Source: an uncultured Microbacterium sp.
Lineage (GTDB): Bacteria > Actinomycetota > Actinomycetes > Actinomycetales > Microbacteriaceae
Reading direction: 5' to 3'
Assembly: GCF_964244775.1 (NCBI RefSeq)
Contig: NZ_CAXTJR010000011.1
Location: 20,751-84,750 of the forward strand
DNA: 64,000 bases
Below the pieces are notes generated by a model. That model saw only the letters and a list, made by a program, of their open reading frames with translations. It had not been told where the DNA came from and did not search any database. Position numbers and translations under genes: made by a program. Each line of letters starts with the position of its first letter. Positions within the stretch are counted from its first letter, which is position 1. Shown here piece by piece: positions 38,399 to 46,435 of the stretch.

Positions 38399-38506
38399 TC
38401 AGTCCTTGCGGTTGTTGCGGCGGTACTGGATCACGAACGCGATCAGCGTGCCGAGCAGGATGATCACCGTGACGCCGTAGAGCAGGTTCTGCTCGAGCGA
38501 GTTCAC
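38399..38506 (-). CDS. Possible 35-aa single-pass membrane peptide (VNSLEQNLLYGVTVIILLGTLIAFVIQYRRNNRKD)
   Basis: The GTG start overlaps the ydeI-like stop (GTGA at 38503-38506). It has a hydrophobic core followed by a basic tail. There is no homology evidence. Confidence 0.3.
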   Translation of the reverse strand: MNSLEQNLLYGVTVIILLGTLIAFVIQYRRNNRKD

Positions 38507-39087
38507 GGGCGCTTCCCCTCTGCGGCGTCGGCGGTGACCTTGGCGATGCGGGCCGCCGTGGTCTCGGGCCTGCGGGCCATCGCGATGTTCGTGAGCCCCA
38601 TCTTGCGCGCCGACGGCGGAAAGGCGTCCCAGTTCGCGCGCGCCGCGGGCACCGCGTCGAGGGCGGCCGTGAGCGCCGGCGGCTCGACGAGGGCCTCCGG
38701 ACCGTCGAGCACCTCCCACATCCCGCTGGCCTTGGCGGCGTCGATGACGCGGCGTCCAGCATCCGTCATCTCTCCCGAAGCCTCCAGCAGCGCCACGCGC
38801 GCCTTATTCGTGGCAGCCCAGCCGCTCATCGGGCGCCGCGGAGCGAACCACAGCCCACCGGTCTCGTCGTCGAACGTGCGCACCGGGCCGTCGATCCACC
38901 CGAAGCACAGCGCCTGCATGATGGCGGGCTCGTACTCGACGTGCAGGTGCGTGAAGCCGGGCCGCCCGCGGACGAGCCAGGCGCCCTTCGAGGTCGTGTG
39001 GTTCGCCTCGAGCCACGCGCGCCAGGTCGCGGCATCCGGGGCGAAGACCTTCTCGCCGCGGTCGAGAGCACCTCCGGTGGCGCTCAT
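38503..39087 (-). CDS. YdeI/OmdA-family protein (DUF1801-related)
   Basis: 194 aa. WRAWLEANH...GWIDG pattern. The start overlaps the HAD stop (TGATG). Confidence 0.7.
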   Translation of the reverse strand: MSATGGALDRGEKVFAPDAATWRAWLEANHTTSKGAWLVRGRPGFTHLHVEYEPAIMQALCFGWIDGPVRTFDDETGGLWFAPRRPMSGWAATNKARVALLEASGEMTDAGRRVIDAAKASGMWEVLDGPEALVEPPALTAALDAVPAARANWDAFPPSARKMGLTNIAMARRPETTAARIAKVTADAAEGKRP

Positions 39088-39905
39088 CAGATCAGTTCGG
39101 GAAGTTCGGGAATCTCGCTCTCGAACGGGTCGTCGCGGATGAGGTCGGCGACGGAGTCGAGCACCTCGTCGGGGCGGAAGGGGTAGCGCTCGATCTCGGC
39201 GAGGTCGCTGATGCCGGTCATGACGAGCACGGTGTGCAGGCCCGCCTCGATGCCAGCGACGATGTCGGTGTCCATCCGGTCGCCGATCATGCCGGTGGTC
39301 TCGGAGTGGGCGCCGATACGGTTCAGCGCCGAGCGGAACATCATCGGATTCGGCTTGCCGACCACGTAAGGCTCCATGCCCGTGGCCTTGGTGATGAGCG
39401 CCGAGATCGCGCCGGTCGCGGGCAGCACGCCGTCGACCGACGGGCCCGTCGCGTCGGGATTAGTGGCGATGAACCGCGAGCCCGCGCCGATGAACCGGAT
39501 CGCCTTCGTGATCGCCTCGAACGAGTAGTTGCGCGTCTCGCCGACCACGACGTAGTCGGGCTCGGTCTCGGTCATGATGAAGCCGGCCTCGTGGAGGGCG
39601 GTCGTCAGCCCCGCCTCGCCGATCACGAAGGCCGATCCTCCCGGCGCCTGGCTGCGGAGGAAGTCGGCGGTCGCGAGCGCGGAGGTCCAGATGGATGCCT
39701 CGGGCACGACGAGTCCGGATTGCCTCAGCCGCGCGCTGAGGTCGCGGGGCGTGAAGATCGAGTTGTTCGTGAGCACGAGGAAGGGCGTGCCCTCTTCGCG
39801 CCACTGCTCCAGCAGCTGGGCGGCGCCGGGGATCGGGGTGTTCTCGTGCACGAGGACACCGTCCATGTCGGTGAGCCAGCACTCGATCTCGGCGCGTGTC
39901 CGCAT
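39087..39905 (-). CDS. HAD-IIA family phosphatase (NagD-like)
   Basis: DMDGVL, LTNNS and GDRMDTD motifs. Confidence 0.85.
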   Translation of the reverse strand: MRTRAEIECWLTDMDGVLVHENTPIPGAAQLLEQWREEGTPFLVLTNNSIFTPRDLSARLRQSGLVVPEASIWTSALATADFLRSQAPGGSAFVIGEAGLTTALHEAGFIMTETEPDYVVVGETRNYSFEAITKAIRFIGAGSRFIATNPDATGPSVDGVLPATGAISALITKATGMEPYVVGKPNPMMFRSALNRIGAHSETTGMIGDRMDTDIVAGIEAGLHTVLVMTGISDLAEIERYPFRPDEVLDSVADLIRDDPFESEIPELPELI

Positions 39906-39940
39906 GGGGCCAGCCTAGCCAGGCGGGCCGCACTGCTGCG

Positions 39941-40133
39941 GATTCTCGATCAGCGCCCCGCTGCGGCGGAGGTCGAGTAGGCGCGCCGCTTCGCGGCGGC
40001 GGGGTCGAGTAGGCTCCCCCTTTTGCGGCGGAGGTCGAGTAGGCGCGCCAGCGCCGTATCGAGACCCGGGCCAACGCCACCCGTCGATCCGAGGGATCTC
40101 GAGACGCTCGCTGGCGCTCGCTACTCGATCACC
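39941..40133 (+). repeat. Composite intergenic repeat, locus II: three B(rc) units - C(rc) - spacer - A
   Basis: GGCGGAGGTCGAGTAGGCGCGCC is at 39965-39987 and 40027-40049, with a degenerate copy at about 39998. A is GATCTCGAGACGCTCGCTGGCGCTCGCTACTCGATCACC at 40095-40133. Confidence 0.9.
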
Positions 40134-40156
40134 GGCTTCAGGCGATCATTTCGCGA

Positions 40157-40771
40157 TCACGAACTCACGTAGCGCAGGTGCACCGTCGCGTACTTGCACG
40201 CGTCTTGGTTCGCCGCGGTGTCGCTGAGGCTGAGCTGTGCGCCGCTGAACTGCACCGACCCCTCGGGGTCGAGTGTTCGAGCGACCGGCATCGAGGCGTA
40301 CGTCAACACGTAGTCGGCGGCATCGCATTGCCCCTCCACGGCATCGGGCGCTTTCGTCACAGAGTCGATCGACACGGTGACCTCAGCGACGAAGGTGCTG
40401 GTCGTGCCGTGGTTCGTGATCTCGCCCGCGAGCATCGTCGGCGCGGCGCCGGGCTTGATTCCCGTATTGACGGAGGTCTGGATGATGGTGAGCCCGCCAT
40501 CTGCGTCGCCCCCGCCGCCCTGCTGGTCGGGGGGGCAGGCTTGGGCGGCCTCGACGGCTGATCCAGATGCCGCCTGCGCGGCAACCGTGCCGCCGGTACC
40601 GGCGACGACCGCGGCGAACAGAATCACCAGGATCAGAGTGCGCCCGGCTTTCGCCCGGTGTCCTCGCCCGACCAGCAGAACCGCGCCGAGGCCGAGCAGC
40701 ACGAGCGCCACGAGACACACCGCAAGGACGGGGAAATATGCGCCGGTGACGGCCAGATCGCAGGGGTTCAC
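40157..40771 (-). CDS. Membrane-tethered TasA/camelysin-like domain protein (paralog of 44669-45166 without the W-STG N-terminal motif)
   Basis: The start is taken as GTG 40771, 22 nt after the upstream stop; ATG 40867 would overlap the upstream gene by 74 nt. It has two hydrophobic segments. The C-terminal domain is colinear with gene 44669-45166 (GQCDAADYVL..., AANQDACKYATVHLRYVSS). Confidence 0.55.
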   Translation of the reverse strand: MNPCDLAVTGAYFPVLAVCLVALVLLGLGAVLLVGRGHRAKAGRTLILVILFAAVVAGTGGTVAAQAASGSAVEAAQACPPDQQGGGGDADGGLTIIQTSVNTGIKPGAAPTMLAGEITNHGTTSTFVAEVTVSIDSVTKAPDAVEGQCDAADYVLTYASMPVARTLDPEGSVQFSGAQLSLSDTAANQDACKYATVHLRYVSS

Positions 40772-40793
40772 CTCATCACTCTCACGATCGGCA

Positions 40794-43700
40794 TCAGGTG
40801 ACGTTGAACGAGGTGCTGGTGATGAAAGCGCCGCTGGTAGACGCTTGAATGATGTAGCCGTTGCCAACTGCGCCGCTTGTCGAGCCGAAAGAGGTCGTGA
40901 CGCCTAGCCCGGTGAAGGTCGCCACACCGGTCGCATCCGTCGTCGCGACGATCGTTGTCACGACTCCGTTCACGGCGAGAAGGCCACTACTGCCGGTGGG
41001 TTGGTTCGAGATGAACAGAGTTACCGACACCCCGGCGTTCCCGTTGTCGAACTGGTCCGACGCCTTGACTGTCACGACCGGGCTGAACATTCCGGCCCTC
41101 ACGATGTTGCCGGGCTGCTGGACGAACACCACCTTGGAAGTGGCGCCGGGGGTGACTGTCTCCGCTTGAGTCGCTGAGGTGAGGCCGGCGAGTGAGGCGG
41201 TGATGGTGGGTGTGCCCGCCACCTTGTCACCGTAGTAGAAGGTCGCCGTGCTCTGGTTCGCCGGGATGCTGACGGTCGCCGTCACGCTCGCTCCGCTGCC
41301 AGGCGCGAAGATGAATTTTCCGGTCGTCGAAGTCGATGTCACGTTTATCGTGGTGAGTGTGGTCGCGGTGACGGGGTTGCCGTAGAGGTCCTGCCGCTGC
41401 ACCGTGATCGCGGAGCCGTTGGTCGTGGCGGAGGCTACAGCCGACCTGCTGACCGACGTGAATGCGAGCTTCGACGCAACCAGTGCGGTGACTGTCTCGA
41501 CCTGCGTCGCCGAGGTGAGCCCCGACACCGCGGCAGTGATGGTGGGTGAGCCTGCTCTGGTGTCGCCGTAGTAGAACGTCACCGTGCTCGACCCCGCCGC
41601 AATGGTTACCGTCGCGGTCGCCGACCCGCTGGTCGGCGCGAAGGTGACGGTCCCGGTCGAATTCGAGGTGAGCGAGACCGTGGTGGCGGTCGCGACGTTG
41701 ACGATGTTGCCATACGGGTCCTGCACCTGAACCGTGATGGCAGTGCCGTTCGTCGTCGCCGACGCGGGCGCCGAACGGCTGACTGAGGTGAAGACCAGCT
41801 TCGAGGCCACAGCGTTCACGGTCTCGACCTGCGTCGCCGAGGTGAGACCCGAGAGAGTCGCGGTGATCGTGGGCGTTCCCGGCGTCGTGTCGCCGTAGTA
41901 GAACGTGGCGATGCTGGTGCCGGCCAGGATGTTGACGGTAGCGGTCGCGGTCGCGCCGCTGGTCGGGGAGAAGATCTTCGTTCCCGTCGAGGTCGACGTC
42001 AACCCGATGGGGGTATCCACGCCAACGGGGACGGCATTGCCGAATTGGTCTTGCTGCTGCACGGTGATCGCGCTGCTGTTCGCGGTGTTCGAGGTGGACG
42101 CCGTGCTGCTCGCTGAGGTGAATGCGAGCTTCGACGCAGCCAAAGCGGTCACCGTCTCGCCCTGGGTCGCGGAGGTGAGGCCCGACGCGGCGGCGGTGAT
42201 GGTGGGTGAGCCTGCTTTGGTGTCGCCGTAATAGAAGGTGGCCGTGTTCGACCCGACCGGGACCGTCACGGCTGTCGCGGCCGTACCGCTGGTCGTCGCG
42301 AAGATCGCGGTGCCGGTTGAGGTCGACGTGAGTGTGAGCGTCGTGGCCGTCGCGACATTGACCGGGTTGCCGTACGTGTCCTGTACCTGCACGGTGATCG
42401 CGGTGCCATTCGTCGTCGCCGACGCGGGCGCGGAACGAGTCGTCGACGTGAATGCGAGCTTCGCCGCGGCCGCCGCGGTCACCGTCTCGCCCTGCGTTGC
42501 GGAGGTGAGTCCCGACGCGGCGGCGGTGATGGTGGGTGAGCCGACCTTGGTGTCGCCGTAGTAGAAAGTGCCGGTATTCGACCCGGACGCAATCGTCACG
42601 GTGGTCGCTGCGGATCCAGTGCTGGGCGCGAAGACCGCCGTGCCGGTCGTATTGGAGGTGAGGGTGAGCGTAGTGGTGGTGCCGACGTTGACGGGGTTGC
42701 CGTACGTGTCCTGCACCTGCACCGTGATCGCAGTGCCGTTCGTTGTCGCCGACGCGGGCGCCGAGCGGGTGGATGACGTGAATATGAGCTTTGCCGCGGC
42801 CGCCGCGCTTACTGTCTCACCCTGCGTTGCGGACGTGAGGGCCGACGCGGCGGCGGTGATGGTGGGGGAGCCCGCTTTGGTGTCGCCGTAGTAGAACGTG
42901 GCTGTGTTCGACCCGACCGCGATCGTCACGGCGGTGGTAGCCGACCCGCTGGTGGGCGCGAACGTGTAAGTGCCGGTCGAGGTCGACGTGAGGGTGAGCG
43001 TGGTGGCGGTCGAGACATTGACCGGATTGCCATACGGATCCTGCACCTGCACCGTGATGGCAGCGCCGTTGGTCGTCGCCGACGCGGACGCCGAGCGGGT
43101 GGTTGAAGTGAAGACGAGCTGGGATGCCGCGATCGCCGTCACCGTTTCAACCTGCGTCGCCGAGGTGAGCCCCGACGCAGCTGCGGTGATCGTCGGCGAT
43201 CCCGGCTTCGTGTCGCCGTAGTAAAACGTGGCCGTGCTCGATCCGGCCGTGATCGTCACGGGCGTTGTCACTGCACCACTGGTGGGTGCGAAGACCGCGG
43301 TGCCGGTCGTGTTGGAGGTGAGCGTGAGGGTGGTGGTCGTGGCGACGTTGACGGGATTGCCGTACGTGTCCTGCACCTGCACCGTGATCGCACTGCCGTT
43401 CGTCGTCGCCGACGCGGGCGCCGAGCGCGTCGTCGACGTGAACACGAGCTTCGATGCGGTCGCGGTGGTGACTGTCTCGCCCTGGGCTGCCGAGGTGAGG
43501 CCCGACGCGGCGGCGGTGATCGTCGGGGAGCCCGCTTTGGTGTCGCCGTAGTAGAACGTGGCCGTGTTCGACCCGACCGCGATCGTCACGGGCGTTGCCG
43601 CCGACCCGCTGGTCGGGGCGAAGACCGTGGTCCCGGTCGAATTCGAGGTGAGCGAGACCGTGGTGGTCGTGGCAACGTTGGCCGGGTTGCCGTATGCGTC

Positions 43701-44573
43701 CTGCACCTGCACCGTGATGGCAGCGCCATTCGTCGTCGCCGACGCTGGCGCCGAGCGGGATGCTGTGGTGAAGATCAGCTTCGAGGCCGCCGCTGCGGTG
43801 ATGTTGAATGCTGCGCTGGTCGCCGAAGTCAGCCCGCTGCCCGATGCGATCAGCGTGTAACCGGTGCCGAGCTTGTCGATGGAGAGGTCCGAGAACGTCG
43901 CCACGCCGTTGGTGGTCGTTGCGGTCCGAGTGCCCGACAATGTCCCCGACGCCGGGTTGGTTCCGATGGCGACGGTGATCGAGAAGCCGGTAGTGGTCAC
44001 GGTGGCCCCGGCCGCGGTCTGCAGCGTGACGGTCACGGCGGACGAGACCGCGGCGCCCGCGACGGTGTTCGTGGGCGGTGCGGTGAAGGCGAGTTTCGCG
44101 GCTGCGATGACGACGCTGTTACTCGGGATGCTGGGGGCGCTCCACGTGCGAAAAACCGCCGTGACGGCGTAGGTATAGCTGCCGACGGGAACGCCGGTGT
44201 CGGCGCACGACGTCGTCGTCAGCAGGGTGGTGGCCGAGGAAGAACACGCGGCCACTGTCGTGCCGCCCGATGTGCGGGTGACGTAATAGCCGGTCGGCAC
44301 GGTGGCGCCGCTGGACGCAGTCCAGCTCACCGAGACGGATGACCCGCTCGAGGGCGGGACGGTGACGGCGGTCGGAGGATTGAGTGTGCCCGTCAAGGCC
44401 GAACCGGTGCCTGTGCCAGTCGAACTCCACGAGGCTTCGGCCGGAGTCGCTCCTGCAATCAGCGCCAGCACCATCACCGCAGACAGGAAAGCCATGACCC
44501 ATCCGCGCGCGACATACGGCAGCCGGTTCCATGTGTGGAACTGGCTGCCGTGCCGCAGCGTTGAAATGGTCAT
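40794..44573 (-). CDS. 1259-aa secreted/surface repeat protein: signal-like N-terminus + W-STG motif, FN3-like domain, about 10 Big(Ig)-like domains; no LPXTG
   Basis: N-terminus is ...AFLSAVMVLALIAGATPAEASWSSTGTGTGSALTGT. It has an FN3-like segment (VSVSWTASSG...GYYVTR...YTYAVTAV). Eight near-identical 110-aa units (ITVQVQDTYGNPVNV...ATFYYGDTKAGSPTITAAASGLTSATQ) sit between divergent first and last units. Confidence 0.85.
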   Translation of the reverse strand: MTISTLRHGSQFHTWNRLPYVARGWVMAFLSAVMVLALIAGATPAEASWSSTGTGTGSALTGTLNPPTAVTVPPSSGSSVSVSWTASSGATVPTGYYVTRTSGGTTVAACSSSATTLLTTTSCADTGVPVGSYTYAVTAVFRTWSAPSIPSNSVVIAAAKLAFTAPPTNTVAGAAVSSAVTVTLQTAAGATVTTTGFSITVAIGTNPASGTLSGTRTATTTNGVATFSDLSIDKLGTGYTLIASGSGLTSATSAAFNITAAAASKLIFTTASRSAPASATTNGAAITVQVQDAYGNPANVATTTTVSLTSNSTGTTVFAPTSGSAATPVTIAVGSNTATFYYGDTKAGSPTITAAASGLTSAAQGETVTTATASKLVFTSTTRSAPASATTNGSAITVQVQDTYGNPVNVATTTTLTLTSNTTGTAVFAPTSGAVTTPVTITAGSSTATFYYGDTKPGSPTITAAASGLTSATQVETVTAIAASQLVFTSTTRSASASATTNGAAITVQVQDPYGNPVNVSTATTLTLTSTSTGTYTFAPTSGSATTAVTIAVGSNTATFYYGDTKAGSPTITAAASALTSATQGETVSAAAAAKLIFTSSTRSAPASATTNGTAITVQVQDTYGNPVNVGTTTTLTLTSNTTGTAVFAPSTGSAATTVTIASGSNTGTFYYGDTKVGSPTITAAASGLTSATQGETVTAAAAAKLAFTSTTRSAPASATTNGTAITVQVQDTYGNPVNVATATTLTLTSTSTGTAIFATTSGTAATAVTVPVGSNTATFYYGDTKAGSPTITAAASGLTSATQGETVTALAASKLAFTSASSTASTSNTANSSAITVQQQDQFGNAVPVGVDTPIGLTSTSTGTKIFSPTSGATATATVNILAGTSIATFYYGDTTPGTPTITATLSGLTSATQVETVNAVASKLVFTSVSRSAPASATTNGTAITVQVQDPYGNIVNVATATTVSLTSNSTGTVTFAPTSGSATATVTIAAGSSTVTFYYGDTRAGSPTITAAVSGLTSATQVETVTALVASKLAFTSVSRSAVASATTNGSAITVQRQDLYGNPVTATTLTTINVTSTSTTGKFIFAPGSGASVTATVSIPANQSTATFYYGDKVAGTPTITASLAGLTSATQAETVTPGATSKVVFVQQPGNIVRAGMFSPVVTVKASDQFDNGNAGVSVTLFISNQPTGSSGLLAVNGVVTTIVATTDATGVATFTGLGVTTSFGSTSGAVGNGYIIQASTSGAFITSTSFNVT
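41150..43790 (-). repeat. Tandem array of about eight 330-bp (110-codon) units inside the giant gene (boundaries approximate)
   Basis: The protein is periodic. Antisense ORFs in the track recur every 330 nt (41905, 42238, 42568, 43228, 43558) with near-identical translations. Confidence 0.85.
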
Positions 44574-44668
44574 GGCTCCCCAGCCAATATGTATTGCTGC
44601 GCAGCTGGGGCTGGGCCCGTGTGGCTACCGCCACCGCGCTATCTCGTACTTGATGCGTACCGGTCGAT

Positions 44669-45166
44669 TTAGCTGGCTTCGAAGTAGATCGGAACGGTCA
44701 GGCCTTTGCAATCGTTCTGGTTGGCCGCTGCATTAACCATCGATACAGTGACGCTGCCGGTCGCGGTTCCGTTGGCCACAATATCTCCGTAGGACGTAAC
44801 GGCACCAACGACGAGCGTGTAGTCGTCGGCCGAGCAATTGAGGGCGACAGCACCGGCGGTCGGCTCCCACGGGGTGCCGTCCGCATTTGCGACCACAGCG
44901 GTGACGGCGGTGAGGTTCTGCGTTCCCGTTCCGGGGTTCGTGACCGTGAACGCGACTGATTGGCTCGGCCCACCGGGCGTGAGCACCGGGCCAGTGGCTG
45001 CAGTCGAGGTGATCTCGAATGGCGTGTCGGTTCCTGTCGTTGCGCTCCCTGACCCGTTGCCGGTGGAAGTCCAGTACGCGAACGCGGCCGCGCCGCCACC
45101 GATCAGAAGGACTGAGGCGGCAACAATGGCCGCGATGCGTTGCTTTTTGGTGATTTTCCGAGACAT
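44669..45166 (-). CDS. TasA/camelysin-like secreted protein with SipW-dependent (alternate-type) signal-peptide pattern
   Basis: Trimmed to MSRKITKKQRIAAIVAASVLLIGGGAAAFAYWTSTGNGSGS (cat 45164-45166). The C-terminus AANQNDCKGLTVPIYFEAS resembles the TasA-family terminal strand (N.YQG.S..L.F.FEA.Q, as I recall it). Confidence 0.65.
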   Translation of the reverse strand: MSRKITKKQRIAAIVAASVLLIGGGAAAFAYWTSTGNGSGSATTGTDTPFEITSTAATGPVLTPGGPSQSVAFTVTNPGTGTQNLTAVTAVVANADGTPWEPTAGAVALNCSADDYTLVVGAVTSYGDIVANGTATGSVTVSMVNAAANQNDCKGLTVPIYFEAS

Positions 45167-45199
45167 GGTTTCCCCGATGATTATGTGTGTGTGAAACAT

Positions 45200-45483
45200 C
45201 GACGGTGTCTCATCATTTTCTAATGTACTCCTGAATAATGTGAATAGGATGTTATTTTACATTCTCGAAATACTTGGCGTGACGCGGGGTTTGTATGAAA
45301 TGGAGCGTAAATCGATGCTTCGAAACCGTTAATCCAGCGCCGACGAATTTCTTGAGAAATCCTCCCAGAGATAGCCAAACGATTTTCGCCACAGTTGAAT
45401 CGCAAATTGCGGCCTGGGCCGCCTATATGGAATATGAATAACCGGTATAAATCAGTTTGATGTTTCGGAAAGTAAATTGGTTT
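45200..45483 (-). promoter_or_regulatory. Strikingly AT-rich (~40% G+C by eye) 284-bp upstream region of the TasA-like operon
   Basis: Read directly, for example ttctaatgtactcctgaataatgtgaataggatgttattttacattctcgaaatactt. It has no convincing ORF and is bounded by repeat element A at 45484. Confidence 0.6.
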
Positions 45484-45778
45484 GTCCGGGGGATCTCGAT
45501 ACGCTCGCTGGCGCTCGCTACTCGATCACCGCGGCGCGCCGGCCGCCACCCTGCGGAGGTCGAGGCGGCGCGCCAGCGCCACCCTGCGGAGGTCGAGGCG
45601 GCGCGCCAGCGCCACCCTGCGGGGGTCGAGTAGGCGCCCCAGCGCCGTACCGAGACCATGGCGCCAAACCTGCGTAGTACGTCGGCCCGGGCGATCTCGA
45701 TACGCTCGCTGGCGCTCGCTACTCGATCACCGCGACGCGCGCTCGCTGGCGCTCGCTACTCGATCACCGCGACGCGGC
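45484..45778 (+). repeat. Composite intergenic repeat, locus III: A - three 33-bp B(rc)-like units - C(rc) - spacer - A - partial A
   Basis: A is at 45484-45530 and 45683-45730, with a partial copy at 45740-45768. B-like units start at 45545, 45578 and 45611. Confidence 0.9.
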
Positions 45779-45781
45779 GGG

Positions 45782-46360
45782 CTACGGAGTCTCGATCGGC
45801 GCGGGCGTGCACCCGGGCGGCTCGGAGTTGCCGCTGATCGTGAAGTCCTCGCAGGTGAGGAAGCGCGACTGATTCAGGCCCAGCACGAACGACGCGGCCG
45901 CGACCCCGAGCACGACCAGCACGATCAGCCATTTCGTCCGGCCGGGCATCCCCGTGCCGAAATCCGGCCAGATGATGCGCACGAGCACCCAGATCGTGAA
46001 CGGCATGCCGATGAAGACGGCCAGCAGCGCAGAGAGCTGCACGAGGACGACGAACACGTCCTGCGTCTCGTCGCCGATGAAGAACATCAGCACGACCCAT
46101 AGCGAGGGCAGCAGCAGCGCGAACGCGCGGGCGAGCCGTCCGCGCACCGGCCGATGCTCGACCAGCACGAACACGAATGCCGCGATCGACGCCGCCCACA
46201 GCGCCATGAGCTGATCGAAGAAGATCTCGCCCCACGCGCCGAGTGTGAACGCCGGCCACCACGTGACGACCGCCATACCGACCATGACGACCCCGACGGG
46301 GATGTCGCGCCGCCGTCGATCGACGACTGGAGAACCGCCGGTCGGGGTGTCTGCACTCAC
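45782..46360 (-). CDS. Hypothetical polytopic membrane protein
   Basis: Four to five hydrophobic segments (VGVVMVGMAVVTWWPAF..., LWVVLMFFIG..., LIVLVVLGVAAASFVLG). The start GTG 46360 is tentative. The gene is flanked on both sides by repeat loci III and IV. Confidence 0.5.
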   Translation of the reverse strand: MSADTPTGGSPVVDRRRRDIPVGVVMVGMAVVTWWPAFTLGAWGEIFFDQLMALWAASIAAFVFVLVEHRPVRGRLARAFALLLPSLWVVLMFFIGDETQDVFVVLVQLSALLAVFIGMPFTIWVLVRIIWPDFGTGMPGRTKWLIVLVVLGVAAASFVLGLNQSRFLTCEDFTISGNSEPPGCTPAPIETP

Positions 46361-46435
46361 GCGCCGCACGCTACCGCGCGGATGCCGACCCATTGGGCCG
46401 CCACGCTGGCGCGGATGAGTGTGCGTTGTCCGCAG

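Noticed and set aside
41905-43860. Series of ~107-aa plus-strand ORFs recurring every 330 nt
   Set aside because: They are the antisense shadow of the 330-bp tandem repeats in the giant minus-strand gene. The periodicity reflects the repeat, not separate genes.
45220-45405. 61-aa minus-strand ORF inside the AT-rich region
   Set aside because: It has a TTG start with no RBS, its composition follows from AT-rich non-coding DNA, and it has no domain. It is more likely promoter or leader sequence.
40134-45483. Prophage, IS or integrative element explanation for the island
   Set aside because: No integrase, transposase, tRNA attachment site or phage gene is present. Only flanking direct copies of a dispersed repeat are seen, so mobility (if any) would be by homologous recombination.
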